Under the pieces are notes generated by a model that saw nothing but the letters and a program-made list of their open reading frames with translations, was not told the origin of the DNA and ran no database searches. The position numbers and the translations under genes are program-made. This document shows positions 31,350 through 41,402 of a stretch of DNA of 64,000 nt, piece after piece (within the stretch, counting starts at the first letter, position 1; each line of letters begins with the position of its first letter). The DNA comes from Chloropicon primus (taxonomy: Eukaryota). The DNA lies in the NCBI GenBank assembly GCA_023205875.1, contig CP060757.1, positions 1,364,001-1,428,000 of the forward strand, in the 5' to 3' direction.

Positions 31350-33437
31350 TCACAGCGAGAGACAGGGCAAGCAAGAGAACCACGCGTTCCCCTTCTTTCC
31401 CTGCTTCTCCCCCGCCCTCGCATCATCCCTCTTGTTCTCTTTGTTCGCATTCTTGGTTCGAGCTTTGGCGTCCTTCACGCCGAGCTCGACTTGGCTCTCC
31501 TCAACGTCCCCGACTCTAGCAGCAGGCGCCTGCTTGTGGATCGAGCCAACGGACTCCTCTTCGCTCGGCTCTATGACGAGACCCGTGACCGGCGAGTCCT
31601 CCTCGACTTGATTCATGGCTGCTATTGGACTCGACTTCCTGCTTACGGAGGGCGAATCCATGGGGGTTGCCACCTTTGGGTTCAAAGGAGTGACCTCGCT
31701 GCTCTTGTCGTTGGTTGGCATCGGCAACTCAAGCGCTGCCGTGCTCGCCTCGCCGTCCATCTCACCCACGCTGCTCTTCGGCGTGGCCTCGAACTCGGGA
31801 GAATTGAGGTCGTTAAAGATCGTTGGAGCAGACTTGTTGCGGTGGTGCCTCACAAGCATGCGAGCGCCCGAGTCTGCTTCTTCGGCCTTTGTGGCGGAGC
31901 CAGAGACGCCCTCCGACTGCAAGCTTGCCTTTGACTTTACGCTCGTTCTGCTTCCAAACTCTTGCATCAAGTTCCTTCCTATGGGCTTGCCAGAGCTCCC
32001 GTCAAGGACGTGGCTCGGCGTTGTGAGGGCATCCACGTTCGGCGTCCAATGTTCGTCCTGGGTCACCAGCTTCACTTCCCTTGCCAGGGCTTCCGCCTCA
32101 GCCATCATGGAGACCAGGGACACCTCCACCGACTTGGATTTGGCGGCACTGGCCAGCTCGATCGCGAAATTCGTCTTCTTCTTCATGGACGAGTAAGCGC
32201 TGTTCTCGAGCCCCTTCTTGCTCGAGACGGACGTGCCCATCAGGTCCTCGAGAGACAAGCACACCTCCGATGCCCCAGAAAAGGCGGGGGAGGGCGAAGG
32301 CCTGATCGCGGACCCGTTCATGTTCTCTTGAAGGGGGGAGGGGCTGTGGAGGTAGATGCTCTCCTTGGCATTCTCCCGCAGAATCATAGAAAGTCTGCGG
32401 AGCATGGCGTTCGTCTTGGTCCCCCTCTGGTCCTGGAGAGGTGTCATGGAGAGGGCCGACCTCTGAGCTCTCTGCCACCTCTGCCTGTTCTTCTCCGCAG
32501 TCTTCCTCTTGCCAGCGCTGTCCTTGTTGGTCGAGTCAAAGAGATCAGGTTTGCTGTTTTCCTGCTTCTTCTTCAGCAGCTTCCTCGCATGTTCCAGAGC
32601 CTTCTTCTCGTACTCCTTTAGCCGCTGCTTCTCGGCTTTCGTCTCCTTGTTCATCCGGCTCGACTTGGGGCCGCCAGACTTTTGGTGGCTGTTCGTAGCG
32701 TCGAACAGCAGCGCCTTCTCGTCCGTCTTCTTCTTCAGCACCTCGTACCTGCTCGTCAGCTGCCTGAGTTCCATCTCCAGCAAGGCCTCCGCGTCTCCTG
32801 CCATTTTGGTGGTGCTCTCGGACCAGCCAATCGCATCTCCGTCCTGAGCCAAGGCCTGAGGGTAGCGCGGGGACGCCACGCGGCCCCCTGGCGACCCCAC
32901 AATCTCGTTGTCTTCCCCTTGAAGGCCGACGAGATCATTGCCAAACCTCGCCTGAGAAATATGGAGGCTCAGGCCCGTGTCGCTAGTATTCGAAGATGGA
33001 GTGCAAGCCTCCTCCCCACCCACCCCCTGGGCCCCAGCCCTCCCGTCCACCGCCCCTTCCTCGACCAGCACCCCGGTCTCGACCAGAACGCCTTCGCTGG
33101 GGGACGAAAGGTCCAAGGCCAAGGTCACCCCACCGTCTTTGGCCTTGCCCGAGGAGGCCTGCGTCTGTAGCGGCTGCCGCCTAGGAACGCCGGGGACGGG
33201 CTTGTCCAACGAACCGGCGTCCATGGTCTTGGGCTGGATGGCTATCTGCCTCGGCGTAGTCAATTTCGGCGTCGAGGACGCGGAATGCCCCGCCACGCCA
33301 TCGTGGGGACTCTTTCCCTCCGTGTTCCCCGGGGAGGGAGTCGCCTTTCCCTTGTAGAACCGCCCCGGGCTCCGGTCCCCGAAACTATAGCGCCGCGCCT
33401 TCTTCTTCAAGGCTGAGAGCAAGTTAGATCCAACCAT
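31350..33437 (-). CDS. Hypothetical low-complexity/coiled-coil protein ending in a CaaX-like motif
   Basis: About 695-aa S/T/P/K-rich ORF; C-terminus KKGNAWFSCLPCLSL. Confidence 0.65.
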   Translation of the reverse strand: MVGSNLLSALKKKARRYSFGDRSPGRFYKGKATPSPGNTEGKSPHDGVAGHSASSTPKLTTPRQIAIQPKTMDAGSLDKPVPGVPRRQPLQTQASSGKAKDGGVTLALDLSSPSEGVLVETGVLVEEGAVDGRAGAQGVGGEEACTPSSNTSDTGLSLHISQARFGNDLVGLQGEDNEIVGSPGGRVASPRYPQALAQDGDAIGWSESTTKMAGDAEALLEMELRQLTSRYEVLKKKTDEKALLFDATNSHQKSGGPKSSRMNKETKAEKQRLKEYEKKALEHARKLLKKKQENSKPDLFDSTNKDSAGKRKTAEKNRQRWQRAQRSALSMTPLQDQRGTKTNAMLRRLSMILRENAKESIYLHSPSPLQENMNGSAIRPSPSPAFSGASEVCLSLEDLMGTSVSSKKGLENSAYSSMKKKTNFAIELASAAKSKSVEVSLVSMMAEAEALAREVKLVTQDEHWTPNVDALTTPSHVLDGSSGKPIGRNLMQEFGSRTSVKSKASLQSEGVSGSATKAEEADSGARMLVRHHRNKSAPTIFNDLNSPEFEATPKSSVGEMDGEASTAALELPMPTNDKSSEVTPLNPKVATPMDSPSVSRKSSPIAAMNQVEEDSPVTGLVIEPSEEESVGSIHKQAPAARVGDVEESQVELGVKDAKARTKNANKENKRDDARAGEKQGKKGNAWFSCLPCLSL

Positions 33438-34154
33438 CCTCGCCGGCAATCTTTCTTCTCTCTCTCGCCCGCTGTCTCCCTAAACCCCTCTTTGGACACC
33501 CCTCTCCGTCGTGGTGGTGGTCTATCCCAGCCGCATCTCGCGGGAAACCTCGTCCAGGCCAAGCACCAAGATCGGGTGAAAGTCTCCCTCTTTCGTGTCT
33601 CCGTGCGGTCCAGAGAGCCCCCGTAGTGCGAGCCCTGGTCCCCCTCCCTCCCCGTTGTCCGTCCCGGCCAAAGAGGAGCCTCCTGTACGATCAAAGGTAC
33701 CGCCTTTGGGTATGTGCTCCCCTGGCCAGCAAGGTTTGCCCGAGGAGGAGAGGAGGAGCCCCTTGGGAGGCACAGCGCAGCGAGGGGAGGACTACTCTTG
33801 GAGTTCGTTAAGGGAACAGGAATATGAGAATAGAACAATAGGGAGAGAAACAACGGGGAGGAAGGGAGGGACTTCAAGAACGAATGTAACCTTCCTTGGG
33901 GGAACGAAATGAGGGAGGGAGAGAGGCTGCTGCCATCGGAAAATGGGACAGGGACTTTGGGAAACGACAGTTTGGGGCATGGCTTGGGAGGCTTTGAGAT
34001 GAATATGCTCTCCTTCCTTGGCACCCGCTCAACCTCCCTTTACTGTTATTGTTGATTGGAGTGAAAAAGAACTGGATGGAAAGCGCAGCAGCGACTGCGA
34101 AAGCGCGCGCGTGCGTCGATCGTCACGCCATTCAATCGGTTCTTGAAAGATACA

Positions 34155-35157
34155 TTAAGCTTGAATTTCTTGAAACCTCTTGACCCACTCGGCATCGTCT
34201 GTCCCTGGCCCTTCGCCGACCACAGACTCCATCGAAAAGGTCGTGTCTGCCATGAAGCTGTGAAGGAGGGACTGGAGGCAGGACTCCGCCACCGCCGCCC
34301 TGCTCGTCTCCCCGTCCAGCTCCTCCTCCAGGCTGAGATTCACCTCCTTCCTCGTGCCAGACTCGCCCTTGATAAGGGTGTTCAAGTCGTACGAGGTGTA
34401 CGGAGCGTCTGTGAGCCTGCCCGGACGAACGATGGTGTACCTCAGCCCCGAGCTGATGAGGTAGTCCTCCGCTTTCTCTTTGGCAACGAGGACGCCAAAG
34501 GCGTTCAGAATCGAGTAGGGAGGTCCCTGGTCGTACCGCTTCACGCCGGCTGACGAGACGAAAACGAAGCGGTCTACGCCCTTGCCGCTCTTCTCTCCCT
34601 CCTCCTTGGCAACGTCAACGAGATGCTTGACTCCAAGATAGCTGTTTCTCTCCGGGTCGTTGTTGCCCAGCCAGCGCAGCGTAGGAAAAGCGGTCGTTCC
34701 AGTGGTGCACACCACCGCCGACACCCCCGGCATGCACGACGACAGGGTCCCCTTGTCGGTGATGTCCCCTTCGACGTGATCCAAGTTGGAAGCCGTGCCC
34801 AGGAGCTCGACGCTCTTCTCCTTGTTCCTGGAAAGCGCCTTGACGTTGAAGCCCCTCTGCGAGTTGGAGCAAAATCAGACACGGAAAACGAACTCGCGTT
34901 TCTCTCTCCGTCAGTCCCCGGGCCCCCTCTCTCCCTCTCACTCCCTCCCTCTCTCTCGCCTGTTTGAGTCTTACCTCGACAAGTTTTTTGGTCAGTATCT
35001 GGCCCACGCCTCCCGTTGCCCCCGCGACGAGGACGGTCCCTTGCGGCGTCGGGGTGGAGGAGGACGACGAGGCCATGCACGACACCGGCCGCGCCGCTCG
35101 ACCGCACGGTGGCCGCCGCGACCCCCCCGTCGACACTCGAAGTCCCGTGCGCCTCAT
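34155..35157 (-). CDS. NAD(P)H-binding Rossmann-fold protein (atypical SDR), probable plastid transit peptide, 2 exons
   Basis: VLVAGATGGVG. Intron 34857..34974 (GTAAG...CGCAG). CTTGTTAFP and YTIVRPGRLTDAPYTSYDLN. Confidence 0.88.
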
Positions 35158-35215
35158 CTTGGTGAGATCTGGCGTTTGTGTTAAAACATTTTTTTTCTTT
35201 TACTTTACTGGAGGA

Positions 35216-37690
35216 TCAGAGCTTGGCCCTCTGAGTCTTGATCTCGAGCTTCGAGATGGTGCTGAGGTGGACCGCGTCAGGGCCGTCCGCAATCCGAAGC
35301 GTCCTCGCGTGGCTCCAGAGTTGGGGAAGGATGGTGATTTTGGAAGACATGCCAGCGGCTCCGTGAACCTGCATGGCGAAGTCAATGGCTTCCAAGCAGA
35401 CCTTGGGGGCCACGACCTTGGCCTGGGCCAGAGCCATTCTGACGTAGCGCAGGCTCGTCGGGTTCGCTCCCTCCTCCTCGCCCTTGTCGAGGATGCTCGC
35501 CGCAGCCTCCACGAGAAGCCTCGCTTGGTCCACTCCCAACCTCACTTGAGCCAAGTCGTTGAGGAACCCTCCCTTGGTGGCGATGGGCGAGCCGAAGACC
35601 ACCCTCTTGCGAGCCCTTTCGAGCGCGATCTCGAGGGCCCTCTCCGCGATTCCGATCGCCCTAGCACAATGGTGAAGCCTCCCCGGGCCCAGGCGCGACT
35701 GGGCAACCTCGAAGCCCTTTCCTGGCTTGTGGATGATGTTCGCGGAGGGGACTGTGACGTCGCGGAACGAGACCTCGGCGTGGCCGTAGGGGGGGTCCTC
35801 GAAGCCCATCACGTCCAGGGGCTTGACAACCTTGAGTCCAGGGGAGGACATCGGCAGGAGCACGATGGTGTGCTGGCTGTGGCTGCTGCGTTTGCCGGCC
35901 CCCGCTCGCTTCTCCTTGCCAAGGAAGAGGCAGATCTTGCAGCGAGGGTGCATGGCCCCGGTGATCCACCACTTGAGTCCATTCACGACCACCTCCCCGC
36001 CCCTTCTCTCGACCGTGGCGCTCACGTTCGTGGCATCGCTGCTCGCGACGTTGGGCTCCGTCATGGCGAAGCAGCTTCTGATCTCGCCCCTCAGGAGGGG
36101 CAGAAGCCACTCCCTGCACTGATCGGGCGTCCCGTGGCGGATGAGGACCTCCATGTTCCCAGTGTCCGGGGCGTTGCAGTTGAAAACCTCGATCGAGAAG
36201 GGATACTTTCCCATGATTTCCGCAATCTCCATGTACTTTCGATTGCTGAGACCGGGACCGAGCAGCTGGAACCAATTCTCCTCCGTGAGCACGAGCCCCC
36301 CTGCCTCGAGCTTCTTCCTGGCCTCCTGCACCAGATCCTTGCTCAGGAAGCAGTTCCACAGCCCCGTGCCTCTGGCCGCGACCTTGAGCTTCTCGACCAC
36401 GGGGTGTGGGGTCCACCTCTCGCTGGAGCTCTCGTGCTCGACGAGCACGTCCTCGATCGCGTGGACTTTCTTGCAGAATATTCTGGCCCGGTGCTTCAGC
36501 AGCTCGAACCTCAAGCCGTCGTCCTCGCCCACGTCCCCAAGCTCGATCAGCGCGATCGCGGTGTCGATGACGCCGCTGACGACCTTCCTGCTCCCGACGA
36601 CGCTCGCGTTCTTCGCCGAAGCGTTGCCGGCCTTGGCCCTAGAACCGACCCCGGCCAAGATTGCAGCCACTCTGAAAAGGGCGAGGCAGACGAACCACCT
36701 CCACTGGTGGCTCTCCACGAGCCCGTCCACCCTCGCACCCCCCGCTTCGAGGTGCGCGTTGTACGTCGAGAGGAACTCCTCCAGGCTCGGCACGCCTTGG
36801 GGCCTGTCCAAGACCAGGTCGCCGCTCTCCTTGCAGAATTTCGTGAGCGTCTGGATCGCCAACACAGTCGGCGGGAGGTAGTAGGGCAGGCAGCAGTAGG
36901 CCACGTCGGCCAAAGCCTGGTCCCTCGTCCCCACCGTGGCGAGCTCCCAGTCCAGGATCGCCCTCACCTCGTCCGTCCTCCTGTCGCAGATGATGTTGTC
37001 CAGGCGGAAGTCTCCGTGCAGAATGATCTCCCGGTCGTCCGCGGCCAAGTTGGGCGCCCGGTCCTGAAGGTACTTCGCCAGAAACATCATGTTCTTCAGC
37101 GGGTCCTCCCTCACGGCCGCGCAGCTCGCCAGGTACTGCATCTTCCAGCGTCTCAGGGTTCTCAAGCCGTAGCTCGCTCGGGGTCTCCCGCCCCTGCTCG
37201 TGGACTTCGGGACGTCCGGGAGCCTGCTGGCGTCCACGCTGTGCAGCCTCGCCAGGCTCCTCGCGAGCTCGTGGTAGATCCTCTCCCTCCTGGGCGGCGA
37301 GCAGTTCGGCAGCCTCGGGTCTTTCCAGATCTCCCCCTCGCAGTGCTCCATCAGGTAGAAGCTCGAGCCCACGACTCTGGCGTCCTCGCAGTACGCGTGC
37401 ACCGTGGCCACCGGAACATTGGACGCCCTCAGCGCCCTCTGGAAGGCGAACTCCCTGTCCACCGCGTGCGCTGACGGCAGAAGCTTCCCGTCCGGCTTCC
37501 TCCTGAGGACCCACTTTCCTCTCACCCTCCCGTCCTCCCTGTCCACGCACTCCACCAAGTACGTCGGGTTGCTCTGCCCGTTCGGATACTTCCTCGCCAC
37601 CAGCCTCCCCCTTCTCCCCTCCTCCTCCCCATACCCCTCCACCTCCGCCTCCACCATAAACCTCCCCAACTCCTCCAAGTCTTCCCTCAT
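35216..37690 (-). CDS. Acyl-CoA dehydrogenase ACAD10/11 type (APH domain + ACAD; IBR3-like), peroxisomal
   Basis: GQSNPTY, VLRRKP...SAHAVDREF, HGDFRLDN, FNCNAPDTGNMEVL, FAMTEP..ASSDA, QSRLGPGRLHHC, RIADGPD. C-terminal AKL is a PTS1. Confidence 0.93.
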   Translation of the reverse strand: MREDLEELGRFMVEAEVEGYGEEEGRRGRLVARKYPNGQSNPTYLVECVDREDGRVRGKWVLRRKPDGKLLPSAHAVDREFAFQRALRASNVPVATVHAYCEDARVVGSSFYLMEHCEGEIWKDPRLPNCSPPRRERIYHELARSLARLHSVDASRLPDVPKSTSRGGRPRASYGLRTLRRWKMQYLASCAAVREDPLKNMMFLAKYLQDRAPNLAADDREIILHGDFRLDNIICDRRTDEVRAILDWELATVGTRDQALADVAYCCLPYYLPPTVLAIQTLTKFCKESGDLVLDRPQGVPSLEEFLSTYNAHLEAGGARVDGLVESHQWRWFVCLALFRVAAILAGVGSRAKAGNASAKNASVVGSRKVVSGVIDTAIALIELGDVGEDDGLRFELLKHRARIFCKKVHAIEDVLVEHESSSERWTPHPVVEKLKVAARGTGLWNCFLSKDLVQEARKKLEAGGLVLTEENWFQLLGPGLSNRKYMEIAEIMGKYPFSIEVFNCNAPDTGNMEVLIRHGTPDQCREWLLPLLRGEIRSCFAMTEPNVASSDATNVSATVERRGGEVVVNGLKWWITGAMHPRCKICLFLGKEKRAGAGKRSSHSQHTIVLLPMSSPGLKVVKPLDVMGFEDPPYGHAEVSFRDVTVPSANIIHKPGKGFEVAQSRLGPGRLHHCARAIGIAERALEIALERARKRVVFGSPIATKGGFLNDLAQVRLGVDQARLLVEAAASILDKGEEEGANPTSLRYVRMALAQAKVVAPKVCLEAIDFAMQVHGAAGMSSKITILPQLWSHARTLRIADGPDAVHLSTISKLEIKTQRAKL

Positions 37691-37999
37691 CTCCTTCCCC
37701 CCCCCCGGCCTCTGCTCCTCTTGATGCCTTTGCGCCTTTCGCTCACGGAATGAACGGCGAGTCGTCCCGGTCCTGGTCCCGGCGCAGAGGTCGTCTCGCC
37801 TTGTCCTTATCCTTGTCCTTGTCTCGCCCCGACCCCCTTGGCCTCCTCCGCAGTGGCGTACACTCCGGAGGACCAGAGTTATATTAACGATCGAGCATTG
37901 ACCGGGGGAAGGAGAGGACCAAGGTGGGACCTTGGAGGCCAGGAGAGAGAGGAGAGAGGGAGAGGGAGAGGGAGAGGGAGAGGGAGAGGGAGAGGGAGG

Positions 38000-39682
38000 A
38001 TGACCAAGGCGTTTGGGGCGTATGTGAAGCAGGCCAGGAAGGAGAAGCCGCCGACAGGGGGGGAGCTGCTCCCGGTGGCCTCAACCTTGGAGAAGGAACA
38101 AAGCATGCAAATGGAACTATCGGCACAGCTTTCGTCCCTCTCGACGCATTCCATGAAGCCGGTGAGGCCGACGCAGAAGTTCAACAAGAGGGTGAAGAAC
38201 AGGCTCAACTTCGAGGCGAGCATGAAGCCGGCGACGAACGCCAAGGTCGCGGACGCGAAGATGGCAGCAGCCCCGAGCCTCAAGGCGGAGGACATTAAGA
38301 AGGAGAGGGAGAGACTGAGGAGGGAGGGGGGCGGGAGGCCGAGGACGCCCATGATCATCTCCGCCTCGCCGAGCACGCAGAACCTCGCGGCGGGGGTCTC
38401 GGTCCTCGGCGCGGAGGCGTCCGAGCTCGAGCCGAGCTCGAGCCAGGTCTTCCCCTTCATGAACGAGGGGGATTCAGGCAAACCTAGCGCCAAGCCAAAG
38501 GTGCCCAGGCCCAAGTTCTCTTCCGTTCCAATGACGTTCGTGAACGATGGCAAGAGGGTCGGCGGCTCGGGCAGCACGAACCAGCTGACCAAGGAGCAGA
38601 TGGCCAAGCTGAAGGCCACCATGATTGAGAAGGTGGCCACCAAAGCGGAGGAGGACGCGGAGGGAGAGGCCGCTGCCGAGGAGGGGAGCACGACGACGAC
38701 CGCTCCCCCCTCCGTGGTGGCAGCTGAGGTGGCGAGCGAGAAGGCCAGGAGCGAGGCCAGCGTTGCCCTTTCTGACATGTCCAACAAGAGCAAGCTGGCG
38801 GACGCGGGTCAGGACGAGGAGACCACCTCGCAGCTCAAGGCGGCGATTCAGAAGCTGTCGAAGCAGCAGGTCGCACGATGGAAGGACATCATTCGAACGG
38901 ACACCCTGACCCCCGCTTCCTTGGAGGAGCACAGGCGCATCGCCAACTTCAACAAGACCGTCGCGATGCTGAGGGAAAGGATTTACGCCAAGTCTTCCTC
39001 CAGCATCAGCGCTCACTTCCAGGCCCTCGACCTGGAGAGGAAGGGCGCGCTCGACAAGCAGGAATTCAGGAAGGCTCTGGACGCCTTCAACTTGGGCGAC
39101 TGCCTCAACGAGCAGACGGCGGAGATGCTCATGAACAGCGTCAACACGGGCGAGAGGGGTGAGGAGGGCCTGGTGAATTACACAAAGTTCACCGAGGCGC
39201 TTCGAATGGGAAGGATCGGGTACATTCACCAGCCAGGGAAGAGGCTGAGGATCGGCCCCGATCCTGAGAAGCCCTTCGGCACCTCCGCGATCAAGAGGAG
39301 CCTTCCATATGGGATCATGGAAGACGGAGAGAAGAACAAGAAGATATTCGACTCGTACTTGAAGAACCTTTACATGCACGTGGAGGGCCAGTTCAAGAAG
39401 TACGACGAGAACGGAAACCTGACGCTGAAGATGGAAGACTTCCAAAAGGTTTTGAAGCAAATTAGCACGGAGAAGGGACTGAAGCTGAGCGACAACGAGA
39501 TCGAGATCGTTTCAGAGGAGGTGAAGAAGGACAACTCTGGAAGTGTATTATACTTGGACTTCCTCAAGGGCTTCAAGGGGAACAAGGGGCAGGACAACTT
39601 CACCCTCCCGGAGTTTCTCAAGCCAAAGACCTTGAGGCGAAGCCAAAGTGGGCACCCGTGGTCGTGGACAGTTGAGGATTGA
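38000..39682 (+). CDS. EF-hand calcium-binding domain protein
   Basis: EF-hand-like loops FQALDLERKGALDKQEF, FKKYDENGNLTLKMEDF, KKDNSGSVLYLDFL, after a long disordered N-terminus. Confidence 0.75.
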   Translation: MTKAFGAYVKQARKEKPPTGGELLPVASTLEKEQSMQMELSAQLSSLSTHSMKPVRPTQKFNKRVKNRLNFEASMKPATNAKVADAKMAAAPSLKAEDIKKERERLRREGGGRPRTPMIISASPSTQNLAAGVSVLGAEASELEPSSSQVFPFMNEGDSGKPSAKPKVPRPKFSSVPMTFVNDGKRVGGSGSTNQLTKEQMAKLKATMIEKVATKAEEDAEGEAAAEEGSTTTTAPPSVVAAEVASEKARSEASVALSDMSNKSKLADAGQDEETTSQLKAAIQKLSKQQVARWKDIIRTDTLTPASLEEHRRIANFNKTVAMLRERIYAKSSSSISAHFQALDLERKGALDKQEFRKALDAFNLGDCLNEQTAEMLMNSVNTGERGEEGLVNYTKFTEALRMGRIGYIHQPGKRLRIGPDPEKPFGTSAIKRSLPYGIMEDGEKNKKIFDSYLKNLYMHVEGQFKKYDENGNLTLKMEDFQKVLKQISTEKGLKLSDNEIEIVSEEVKKDNSGSVLYLDFLKGFKGNKGQDNFTLPEFLKPKTLRRSQSGHPWSWTVED

Positions 39683-39787
39683 GTGGGACCCCCCACACAC
39701 CTCCCCCCCCAAAAATAAAGGGGAAACACCTTAAAGAAGAGATATAACGCTTTTTATATACTTTTGGAATCCATCAGGCTGAACGAT

Positions 39788-41272
39788 CTACCTCGCGTCA
39801 AAGTCGTACATTGCCGTGTTCACTTGACGTTCGATGAACTGGGGGGGGAGCACTGCCGGCTCGGGGTCCTCCAGAGACGTGTACGGCGGGTCCATGGCGC
39901 ACTTGAAGAAAGCTGTGCACTCGTTCCTCAGCCTGGCGTGGAACATCTTGAAGCTGTAATCCGTGATGTCGTCCCTGAAGGGATTGGAGATGTGCTCCTT
40001 AATCTCCAACAGCCCTTGGTACAGGATCGGCGCTATCGTCAGAATGAAGCACTTTGAGATAACGTCCGCGTAGTTGGTGTGGTGCAGGGACGACCCGAAA
40101 GTCACCCCAGCCTCCACGGAGAGGATGATCATGTACAGCTTCGAGAAGAAGACGATGAGGTGCGAATAGCTGAGAGGGAACTGCATGTTCAGCTGGGCAA
40201 GGATGGTGGAGATCGCGTTCCTCGCCTGCTCGCTGTACTCAAGAAACATGTTCTGGTTCCCCACGGGGTCTGGCAGCCTGCCGTCCAGGCACCACTTTGT
40301 GAAGAGCGAGGAGATCCACACCCAACACATCTGGCTCTTCGCCGGGACGTTCTCCAGGAGCCTCGCTTCCCTCTTTGTCAGGAGCCTCTCCTCCAAGAGG
40401 TCCTTCATGTTCAGCGCCCCAGCCCTCTCAGCCTCCTCCTTGCTCCACACGTCGACCTCCCTCGCGTCCTTGAAAAGGAGGGCCAGGCTGAGAATCCCGT
40501 ACCTCATGATGGTCTCCCTCGCGTGCCTGTCGTCGTACGAGTTGCCAGGAAAATAAATCGCCATCCTCAAGCACATGTTGTCGACGATGTTCATCAGCTG
40601 CTGCAGCGTGTCGTGCCTCAGGGTCCACCAGATGTTGATGGTCTTCTCGAGGTAAAACCCGAGAATGAAGGCAGCCAGAGTCCTCAGAGTGTCCGAGATC
40701 CTCAACCCTGTCTGAAGGCTCTCGACGGTTTTGTCGTTCACGGAGAACAAGATGGAGTAGACGACCACGGCCACCAACCCCGCCGCCAGCCACAGCAGCA
40801 GAATCTGGACCCAGCAGTACCCCGAAGCAAGATAAGTCGTGTGCCAGATCCGGCGGCTGAGCCAGCCAGACCTCACGAGCTTCTTCTCGCGATACCTCGC
40901 GATCTTCCTCACCCCATTCCCCTCGTAAACGACCCGCATCATCTCATTGACCTCGTAACGGAAGTGCGGTCCGATGTTCGGGTCGCTGGAGGGCATGTCC
41001 GTCAGCGGGGCGTAGCACTCCGTCGCGTCGGATGCCAAGGCGCTCCGCGCGCCCCCCGCCCCGACGCCCAGGCACCACCTCCTCCTCGCCCGCCTCCCCC
41101 CATCCTCCCCGCCCCGCCTCCCCAGAAGGGGCTCCTCCGCGCTCTCGTCAAGTTCCGTGGAAGAGGGCACCTCGGGGACCTGCGTCCGCTGCATCCACGT
41201 CCGCGGAGAGTGCCGCGCCCCCCTTCTCCCCCCCGTCCTCGGCGCGTGCCCCTCGCTACGAGACTCCTCCAT
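39788..41272 (-). CDS. Bestrophin-family anion channel (animal-type motifs)
   Basis: AFILGFYLEKTINIWW, IMRYGILS, FPLSYSHL and ISNPFRDDITDY match bestrophin F.LGFY...RWW, P..Y and NPFGEDDDD motifs. Confidence 0.82.
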   Translation of the reverse strand: MEESRSEGHAPRTGGRRGARHSPRTWMQRTQVPEVPSSTELDESAEEPLLGRRGGEDGGRRARRRWCLGVGAGGARSALASDATECYAPLTDMPSSDPNIGPHFRYEVNEMMRVVYEGNGVRKIARYREKKLVRSGWLSRRIWHTTYLASGYCWVQILLLWLAAGLVAVVVYSILFSVNDKTVESLQTGLRISDTLRTLAAFILGFYLEKTINIWWTLRHDTLQQLMNIVDNMCLRMAIYFPGNSYDDRHARETIMRYGILSLALLFKDAREVDVWSKEEAERAGALNMKDLLEERLLTKREARLLENVPAKSQMCWVWISSLFTKWCLDGRLPDPVGNQNMFLEYSEQARNAISTILAQLNMQFPLSYSHLIVFFSKLYMIILSVEAGVTFGSSLHHTNYADVISKCFILTIAPILYQGLLEIKEHISNPFRDDITDYSFKMFHARLRNECTAFFKCAMDPPYTSLEDPEPAVLPPQFIERQVNTAMYDFDAR

Positions 41273-41402
41273 GGCCTCGCCCGCCTCCCACTTGGCCGTT
41301 ACTCGCGCCCGGAAAAGGAAATGAGGAGGGCTCTAGATCGTGGAGGGGGGACTTTTTGCGACGGCGTGGGGAGCTCCACATCATCTACATCATTAACTTT
41401 AC

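Noticed and set aside
34964..37474. Long antisense/alternative-frame ORFs (e.g. 34964..37474 +, 60798..63431 +, 16940..19150 +, 48495..50300 -, 9267..11003 +)
   Set aside because: They mirror well-supported genes on the opposite strand, have no motifs, and are expected from GC3-rich codon usage, which leaves few antisense stops.
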